From positions 1-40,571 of the IMG/VR virus record IMGVR_UViG_3300048590_000239: a stretch of 40,571 nucleotides of DNA. One strand, 5' to 3'. Under the pieces are notes generated by a model. The model was not told the DNA's origin. It saw nothing but the letters and a program-made list of their open reading frames with translations, and ran no database searches. Of this stretch, positions 34,222 through 40,571 are shown piece after piece. Position 1 is the stretch's first letter; each line of letters starts with the position of its first letter. This stretch comes from a virus (lineage: Duplodnaviria > Caudoviricetes). Made by a program: the position numbers and the translations under genes.

Positions 34222-35538
34222 TTAAAATGTGCCGCCGTCAGCATATGGATCATCCGGACTAGCGTCAGCAAAACCAAGACCATCTACCCACATCGTATCG
34301 TTGGATATTGTTACTATTGTTGTGATCTTTATCCACTGACTAGTGGATACTTCTGGATATGGCTGCCCTATTACATTATTGCCAAGACATCTGTATGTAT
34401 GCCCGTCAGGTCGAGCCACAAGATCCGGAAAGTTATATTCTGTCATCTCATTCCATGCAAAGACCTGCGCAGCCGCAAGTACAATGTCTCTGGCTTCTAA
34501 TGTATCTGTCTTTGCTGTTTGTGCGGACGAATTAGCTGCGAGGGCCTGGTCGAGTAAAATTTGGGTTGCCGACTCGATGCCTTCTGTGTCACCTTTTGCT
34601 GCTAATGCGGCATCTTTGGCATTGATAGCATCCGTTTTGGCTGTTCCTGCATCTCCTGCGTACTTCTTGGCAGAATACTCAAGCCCATCCACCATGCCGT
34701 CTGTCTTAGTGGCCCAGTCCTCAGCAAGATCTCGTGCGGCCTCTGCAAGCCCTTTGGCTGTTACTGAGGCATCTCGTGCGTTTTCAGACTGTCCTTTTGC
34801 CGTCACCGCAGCATCTCGCGCAGCCTCTGCAAGCCCTTTGGCTGTTACTGAGGCATCTCGTGCGTTTTCAGACTGTCCTTTTGCCGTCACCGCAGCATCT
34901 CGCGCAGCCTCTGCAAGCGCTTTGTCGGACAAAGCAGATGCAGCAGAAGACGCAGCATCAACGGCATGTTTTTTGGCAGAGTAGCTCCCGGCCTCTACGG
35001 CTCCGTCTGTCTTCTCTGCCCATTCTGCTGCCTTGTCTCGCGCACCTTCTGCAAGCCCCTGTGCTGCCTGAGCCGCACCCTCTGCAAGGACAGCGCGTTC
35101 CTTGGAAGCTACTGCAAGCGCAGCGGCCGCCTCCGCATCGTCCTTCCAGTCCTCTATCGTACCCACATTCTCATAAACATATTGCTCGGTATCCTCGGCA
35201 ACGTCACGGATCTGCTGCGCCACCATTGTCAGCTTATCAGCCGTGCGCTCCATGTCCTCCGGTGAGAATGCGCCCTGCGTAGTGTAGTCATCCGTCTGTG
35301 TGTACGGCAGGACCCTCTCTACCCTTACTGATCCTGTTGCAAAGACATCACCCGTTGCAGGAGCTGTAACTACAGCCCCCACAACAGTTATGTTCTCTAT
35401 CTGCGTCTCAGTGCCATCCTCTGCTATGTGGTAGACGATCACGTCTGTATCGTCAAGGTAGGGAAACTCGATCGGCCAGTCCCGCGTGACCCCGTCAGCC
35501 AGGTACGTGTATCGCCTCTGTGTATTAGATACAGTCAC
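34222..35538 (-). CDS. Tail fibre protein (T7 gp17-like N-terminal anchor, Ala-rich coiled-coil shaft)
   Basis: YTYLADGVTRDWPIEFPYLDDTDVIV...ERTADKLTMVAQQI; heptad repeats; GAGGTG RBS. Confidence 0.88.
   Translation of the reverse strand: MTVSNTQRRYTYLADGVTRDWPIEFPYLDDTDVIVYHIAEDGTETQIENITVVGAVVTAPATGDVFATGSVRVERVLPYTQTDDYTTQGAFSPEDMERTADKLTMVAQQIRDVAEDTEQYVYENVGTIEDWKDDAEAAAALAVASKERAVLAEGAAQAAQGLAEGARDKAAEWAEKTDGAVEAGSYSAKKHAVDAASSAASALSDKALAEAARDAAVTAKGQSENARDASVTAKGLAEAARDAAVTAKGQSENARDASVTAKGLAEAARDLAEDWATKTDGMVDGLEYSAKKYAGDAGTAKTDAINAKDAALAAKGDTEGIESATQILLDQALAANSSAQTAKTDTLEARDIVLAAAQVFAWNEMTEYNFPDLVARPDGHTYRCLGNNVIGQPYPEVSTSQWIKITTIVTISNDTMWVDGLGFADASPDDPYADGGTF
34739..34918. repeat. 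Exact 84-bp tandem duplication in tail-fibre shaft
   Basis: Units start at 34739, 34823 and 34907 (partial); 28-aa unit LAEAARDAAVTAKGQSENARDASVTAKG. Confidence 0.92.
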
Positions 35539-35568
35539 TTAATATCACCTCTTTCATGACATTATCCT

Positions 35569-35733
35569 TTATGCTGCAGGGATCCCCGCAAGCCCGCAAT
35601 ATCCGTCTGTGTTCTCCGTGTCCCAGCACCAGCACATACAGGTCGGCCCCTCACACTGTCTCTGTCCTTCTCTGTCCCCGCCCCTGAATGGGCAATTCCC
35701 AAGTTCTCCAACTGCAAATACCTCAGCTGCCAT
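35569..35733 (-). CDS. Small Cys-rich protein (54 aa)
   Basis: Not in track; MAAEVFAVGELGNCPFRGG...CEGPTCMCWCW...GYCGLAGIPAA; AGAGGTG RBS. Confidence 0.65.
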   Translation of the reverse strand: MAAEVFAVGELGNCPFRGGDREGQRQCEGPTCMCWCWDTENTDGYCGLAGIPAA

Positions 35734-35748
35734 ATCGAACACCTCTTT

Positions 35749-38700
35749 CTATGGAATTATTAGTTGCTTCTTATTGCCCTTCCTGTTCTTGTTGACTATG
35801 CCTATTAGCACACTTGGGTCTCCTGTCTCTGCCAGTTTTATTGCTCTCTTGAGGGCTGTTATCGGCATGCCTGAGTAGACTATCGACCAGACTTCATATG
35901 CAAGCATTGCGGCATCTTCATACTCACCCTTCGCAATCTTGCGGAGACTTCTCCCCAGATCATTGCCTATGTCCCAGAATGGGTCACTGCCCTGTGAGAA
36001 CCCGCCGGTGCTTCCTGCTACGATTGCAGAACCTATGAGAGGTATATTCTCAAATGTCTCTGCATAAGCCCCAAGTGCTATATCCTCCACTGTTGAAGGA
36101 GCTTCGCCTGTCTTAAGCCACCTCATCCACCATGAACCCAGCAGCAGCCCCATCAAGGTCATAAAGCCCTTGTGGTAACGGCCGCTCTTCATGTCTCCGT
36201 ACAGTTCATGTACTGCAACCCCGTATATCTTGTTAGCCTGGTTGGTGAATACAGTCATAAGATTGACTATTTCCCCTGCAGTGCCTGCCATTTTCATATA
36301 AGCAGGCAACTCCTTGGGATGTGCCGCGTTCTGCGTGTTCAGCGTTGCCCTCTGCGCCCTCTTGCGCGCCTCTTCTGCCGTTGCGCCGTTGGCTATCTCG
36401 TGCTTGTAGACAGCATTCCAACCGACCACCCTCGTGATCATGTCCATGTACTCCATAGGCTTGAACCCTATCTCGCCAAGCCTCTTTTGTACCCTTCTCC
36501 ATCCCGGCTCATCTGACAGCTTGAACTCTTCAAGAAAACGGTCAATGACCTGTTCTTTTACCTGAGGGTCCATCTCATGTACCCACGTGGTCATCTTGAC
36601 AGGATCACTGAGGTATTCGCCCAGAGATGCCATTATGTCTACCGGCCCTGCGTATCCCATGTAATAGGCTATTGCCTGAGGCTGCTTCAAAACGCTTGCC
36701 ATGTTCAGCCATAGGTAAGCAAGCCCATAGTTGCCCCTTACCTTGCGGATAGCACTGTCATCTGCCTTAAAGGATTTGTAAAAGTTGGGATTAGCCATTG
36801 TGTTGACATGAGAGACCAAGAAGTCAAAGGCATCTGCCCCGTATGTGTTGATGATAGTATCCTTCATGCCTGCGATTGGCTCTGCACCTGACAAGTCGGT
36901 TTTTTCGCCTACAACATAGTGCAGATCCTTGACCATCTTGCCAAAGGCGATCAGGTGCTCATGCTCCATCATTGATCTGCGCCATACCCTCAAAAGACCC
37001 AATGATATTGGTTGCTGATACGCCTGCGGAATGCGTTTCCTTGCATAGCTTGACCCTTTGTCGGCATACAGCTTTTTAAGGGCATATTGCCTTGCAAGAT
37101 CATCAACAATGCCCTGCAGCCCCTCGTCAACATCATTGCCCTTGCTGTCGGTGAACTGTGTCCTGTACATCCTTGTGTAGTACGGTTCCGGCTCTATCCC
37201 GACATCGTATGCCTCTATCATCGCATCGTTGTATCGGAGGCTGGCTTCTTCCTGTTCCTGCATTACCGCCATAGCAAAAGCTGTCTCGTTCTCGCTGAGA
37301 GTATCGTAAGCCTTGGACGCAAGCTCATCGCTTATGTTGTTGCCATACTTAAGCGCATCTCTTGTACGCTCGTTGTGCCATCCTATGTAGATATGCAGCA
37401 CCTCATCAAGAGAAAAGGCCAGTTTGTTGCCCTCTCCGTCCGTGCCGTACTCAAGCCTCTCTTCCGCAAGCATTGCTTCCGTAATGCCATACTCCTGCAT
37501 GATGCTCTGGATAGTTTCTATCCTTCTTCTTTTTTCCCGGAAGAAGTTGTCCACAGCCTCGTCATAGCGCCCCATAAAGATCTCATACCACGGGCCTCTA
37601 AAGTCCCTGTGACCATCCATCCAGTCAAGCACCCGCGCCGGGGTCAGACTGCGTATAAGCACCTTGGATATTGCCCTCAGCTGCTTACCCTTCTTAGTCT
37701 TGCCGGGTATTATGACATCTGTGGTTACTGCAGCAGGGCCACCCATCTCATCAAGCAACGGTCTCACTATTTCTTTGTCCCTGTGTTCTGCGTCCCTTGC
37801 CTTTTTGAGTTCATAAGCCATCTTGCCCTCTGAACGGAGTGTCATCACCTGCTCATGCAGGGCACGGAGGTCATCCAGCATCATCTCGTTAAGGACTGTC
37901 TTGTTCAGCATAGCAAGGTCTATCTCATTGATATTCAGCGCATCAAGGTTAAAGTCCTCGTTAGCCGCCTTAGCTTTCTCTTGTTCAGTGGAAATGTAAT
38001 CTTCCAGCATCTTTCTTTGTTCCAGTGTGTCCATTGTGCGGTTTTTGAGGTCATATCCGTTAAGAATATTGGTTATTGCCACCTTCTGCGCCCATGCGAC
38101 ATTGCCTCTCGTTGCCCTGTCTATCTCCCTGACAAGCCTCTGTATCTCGCCTCGTATGGACGCGCGTCTTGCCTTAGCCTCCTTAAGCGCCTTGATCCGT
38201 GCAGATGTGACCAGTATCCCTTCTCTAAAGCCACCCTTGAATGCCCTCCGGGATTCCCTTTCGACAAACTTATATGCTTGTCTGATAGCCTCTCTCTCGG
38301 CAACAAGTTCTCCGACCGTGGTCTTGCCTGTGACCCTCTCGATGGCCCCCTTGACTGTCTCCTGTGTCCATTTGACGGCCTGCAGCTGTGCCTTGTGCGC
38401 CATCTCTGCCCACTTCATCACGGGGAACTCCATTTGCTTCTCTTCCTCTTTGCGGAGGAGCGCTTCCGGGTCTGTAAGAGTCCCTGCTATCATCTTGAGA
38501 GCATTATCGATCTCTGTCTGTTCCCTGAGCAGCCTCGCGGCTTCATTGGTATAGAGGGTATGCCCGGTACTATTGCCGGTTGCCTTGGCTTCTTCTGCCT
38601 GCTCCAGCATTGCTTTGTACTGTGTCTTGACGTAACTGCGCCTTCTGCGGATATACTTTCCCGCTTCGACTGCGCCCATGCGCCCCACCAGCCACAGCGC

Positions 38701-40571
38701 CGTTTCCTCGTCTATTGCCACAACGGGAGCGAACTTCTGGCTTGACGGCTTGCTTGGCTTGTTCAGTATCGTCTGGATAACACTCTCAAGCGTTACCCCC
38801 ATCTCTGAGGCAACTTCCTTTGCCTCGAGAACATTCCTTCTGAACAGATGAGACCCTTTGCGGTAGACCTCCCTTGCCTCGTCAATTCCTATTGCTTCGA
38901 CCAGGCTCTTATACTGCAGCCCGCCCTTTTCAAGCACCTGTCTTGAGAACTCTTTGAATGCCTCATATGCCTGTGCAGCAAGGGAATTATCTTCCTCTGT
39001 CAGCATCATGTTATCTATCTCGCCGGCAACTTCCTCTCCGACAGTGATCCATGTATCAGGCTCGAATATAGCCTCGTCTGTACCACTCATGATCTCTGCG
39101 GCAAGCTCTGTCTGAAGCGAATACTCCTCTGCCTCTTCCTCGGTGAAGGTCTCCTCCCATGCTTCATCCTCGGCATAAGATATTCCTGTCTCTTCCTGAG
39201 CAGGTATATCCTCTGCGTTACCGCTCTGAGCAAATGTTTCTATGTCTCCTATGCTCCTGTTGACTGCCTCGACTGTAGCTTCATCTGCTCCAAGCATATT
39301 GTCGAACCATCTGCGGATCTCATCATTCATAGGGACATCAAGGTCATTAGCACCGTGGTATATCTCTTCAAGCCACACTTTGAACTGCTGAAACAGCCCC
39401 TCCAAACCCCTTACAGGGGCTTTGCCCTCCATAAGATACCTCTCAAAAGATCTCGTAAACCTTTCGTGAGCATCAACTCTTTCTTCTGTGGTCAGGCTGT
39501 CCCATGACTGCACTCCCAACCATCCCATAAGGCCATCCCACTGCTGAATGGCTTCATTTGTGGCTCTGCCTGACTTGATGAACCTCTCCATATCCTTGAG
39601 AAATATGTGAGCGGATTCATGGAGGAATGTGGACTTATCTGATGATGCAAACAGGCTGACAAGAGCCTTGCCCTCTTCGTTGAACTGGACAGCTCCGCGC
39701 TCGTTCTGATAGTAAATGTCCGGGTTATTAGGGTCAAACGTCCCGATATTCCCCACGGCCGACTTAACCTGATTGGATTCAAACGGGATATACACCCTAT
39801 GGGAGGCATCACTGTACTTACCGCCCTTGTCAAAGATTCCGTCATATCCCTTTTCTTTGAGGAAGTCTGTTACCCAGTCCGGGATACTTGTCCAAGCATA
39901 TGTTGTACCGTCCTCAAAGTCTTTTTCTAATACGCCAAGCCACTCTTTAGGGTCAATAGATGTCTTATCCCATGCATCAACGTTCCTTTCTGTAGGCTCA
40001 GGCGCATACTTCGACTCTTTTTTCAGTTCACGCACCATCTTTTTAGTGACCTTACTTGTATCAAAAGGGTTCTGAATATTGAGATAGACCGGATATACCT
40101 TAGGGTCACGGTGGTAAGGATTATCCCAGTAAGCATTTTCTACGCCAAGCATCTTAAGTATTTCGAGAAAACGTCCCTCTTCGTGCCCAAGAGTGCCAGA
40201 TCCAACCCAGTGATACAGCAAAGCACTCAATGCATTGCCGTTGTGTTGAGCTAAATGGCGTTCAAACCCTCCAGTGCCTGCCGTTCTTCCTTCTTCTACG
40301 ATAAATGGTCCGTCATAATCATCTTCATTCCTTGTTATCTCGCCGGCCATTTTAGTTATCCTACTGCGATCTTCGCTTGACAGCCCATACCATAGCCTTT
40401 TGATTGGTATGTCTCTTCCGTTATACTTCACTCGGAACTGCGTTTCATAACTTGCATACCGTGGGTCATTGGCTATAGAAGTGTCCGCTTTGTTCCTCGA
40501 ATAGTTCTCGGCAATCTCTGCGTTATCAGTAAACATAGCCATTGGCCCCGATGTCGCACGGTCAGGGTCAA
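35749..40571 (-). CDS. C-terminal part (5'-truncated) of giant polyvalent ejection protein with ART-like and metallopeptidase-like domains
   Basis: Frame open to window end (DPDRATSGPMAMFTD...); VYPVYLNIQNPFD...GYDGI...NQVKSAVGNIGTFDPNNPDIYYQ; HESAH at 39607-39621. Confidence 0.85.
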   Translation of the reverse strand, partial: DPDRATSGPMAMFTDNAEIAENYSRNKADTSIANDPRYASYETQFRVKYNGRDIPIKRLWYGLSSEDRSRITKMAGEITRNEDDYDGPFIVEEGRTAGTGGFERHLAQHNGNALSALLYHWVGSGTLGHEEGRFLEILKMLGVENAYWDNPYHRDPKVYPVYLNIQNPFDTSKVTKKMVRELKKESKYAPEPTERNVDAWDKTSIDPKEWLGVLEKDFEDGTTYAWTSIPDWVTDFLKEKGYDGIFDKGGKYSDASHRVYIPFESNQVKSAVGNIGTFDPNNPDIYYQNERGAVQFNEEGKALVSLFASSDKSTFLHESAHIFLKDMERFIKSGRATNEAIQQWDGLMGWLGVQSWDSLTTEERVDAHERFTRSFERYLMEGKAPVRGLEGLFQQFKVWLEEIYHGANDLDVPMNDEIRRWFDNMLGADEATVEAVNRSIGDIETFAQSGNAEDIPAQEETGISYAEDEAWEETFTEEEAEEYSLQTELAAEIMSGTDEAIFEPDTWITVGEEVAGEIDNMMLTEEDNSLAAQAYEAFKEFSRQVLEKGGLQYKSLVEAIGIDEAREVYRKGSHLFRRNVLEAKEVASEMGVTLESVIQTILNKPSKPSSQKFAPVVAIDEETALWLVGRMGAVEAGKYIRRRRSYVKTQYKAMLEQAEEAKATGNSTGHTLYTNEAARLLREQTEIDNALKMIAGTLTDPEALLRKEEEKQMEFPVMKWAEMAHKAQLQAVKWTQETVKGAIERVTGKTTVGELVAEREAIRQAYKFVERESRRAFKGGFREGILVTSARIKALKEAKARRASIRGEIQRLVREIDRATRGNVAWAQKVAITNILNGYDLKNRTMDTLEQRKMLEDYISTEQEKAKAANEDFNLDALNINEIDLAMLNKTVLNEMMLDDLRALHEQVMTLRSEGKMAYELKKARDAEHRDKEIVRPLLDEMGGPAAVTTDVIIPGKTKKGKQLRAISKVLIRSLTPARVLDWMDGHRDFRGPWYEIFMGRYDEAVDNFFREKRRRIETIQSIMQEYGITEAMLAEERLEYGTDGEGNKLAFSLDEVLHIYIGWHNERTRDALKYGNNISDELASKAYDTLSENETAFAMAVMQEQEEASLRYNDAMIEAYDVGIEPEPYYTRMYRTQFTDSKGNDVDEGLQGIVDDLARQYALKKLYADKGSSYARKRIPQAYQQPISLGLLRVWRRSMMEHEHLIAFGKMVKDLHYVVGEKTDLSGAEPIAGMKDTIINTYGADAFDFLVSHVNTMANPNFYKSFKADDSAIRKVRGNYGLAYLWLNMASVLKQPQAIAYYMGYAGPVDIMASLGEYLSDPVKMTTWVHEMDPQVKEQVIDRFLEEFKLSDEPGWRRVQKRLGEIGFKPMEYMDMITRVVGWNAVYKHEIANGATAEEARKRAQRATLNTQNAAHPKELPAYMKMAGTAGEIVNLMTVFTNQANKIYGVAVHELYGDMKSGRYHKGFMTLMGLLLGSWWMRWLKTGEAPSTVEDIALGAYAETFENIPLIGSAIVAGSTGGFSQGSDPFWDIGNDLGRSLRKIAKGEYEDAAMLAYEVWSIVYSGMPITALKRAIKLAETGDPSVLIGIVNKNRKGNKKQLIIP

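Larger units (their letters stand above)
1..40571 (-). mobile_element. Temperate BPP-1-like podovirus genome (excised/attP form, near complete) carrying a DGR
   Basis: Continuous phage gene content end to end (packaging, T7/BPP-1-like head-tail, replication, immunity switch, integrase with attP, lysis, tail fibre/DGR); no host housekeeping genes. Confidence 0.95.

Noticed and set aside
1-40571. Joining window end to start gives an in-frame fusion (...DQME-L-DPDRATSG...), suggesting a complete circle
   Set aside because: One-in-three chance; no terminal overlap is visible and the N-terminal YHG-type strand expected before the ART motif is missing, so some sequence is probably absent

Overview
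Near-complete genome of a temperate podovirus whose head-tail module follows the Bordetella phage BPP-1 / T7-like layout: terS, terL, portal, scaffold, capsid, Bbp16-like cement, tail tubular A/B, ejection proteins. Almost all genes are on the - strand. It also has a lambdoid early region (divergent cI/cro-like HTH pair, xis, ERF recombinase, exonuclease, replication initiator plus DnaC-like loader, SSB, VRR-NUC, ArpU/RinA-like activator), a tyrosine integrase and a diderm-type lysis cassette. An intact attP whose core is the 3' end of an alanine-accepting RNA (probably tRNA-Ala) has phage genes on both sides, so this is the excised or virion form. The window is cut inside one giant ejection/polyvalent protein that appears at both ends. 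The standout element is a complete diversity-generating retroelement (target-VR / hairpin / avd / TR / spacer / RT, 30980-34204). TR 32357-32488 and VR 32989-33120 align without gaps over 132 bp with 19 mismatches, 18 of them at TR adenines on the coding strand. The target is a chimeric Mtd-N / DUF6273-like receptor-binding protein. Other notable items: an ART-like plus HExxH peptidase polyvalent virion protein, a counter-oriented three-gene operon carrying a copy of the immunity-region palindrome, an intergenic antisense sRNA candidate, a membrane-anchored transglycosylase in the early operon, two virion proteins sharing a C-terminal KxLLGM tag, and gene-boundary linker repeats. The host is inferred, weakly, to be a diderm anaerobe, possibly Synergistota. 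All family assignments are by eye from motifs and synteny, not from database searches.
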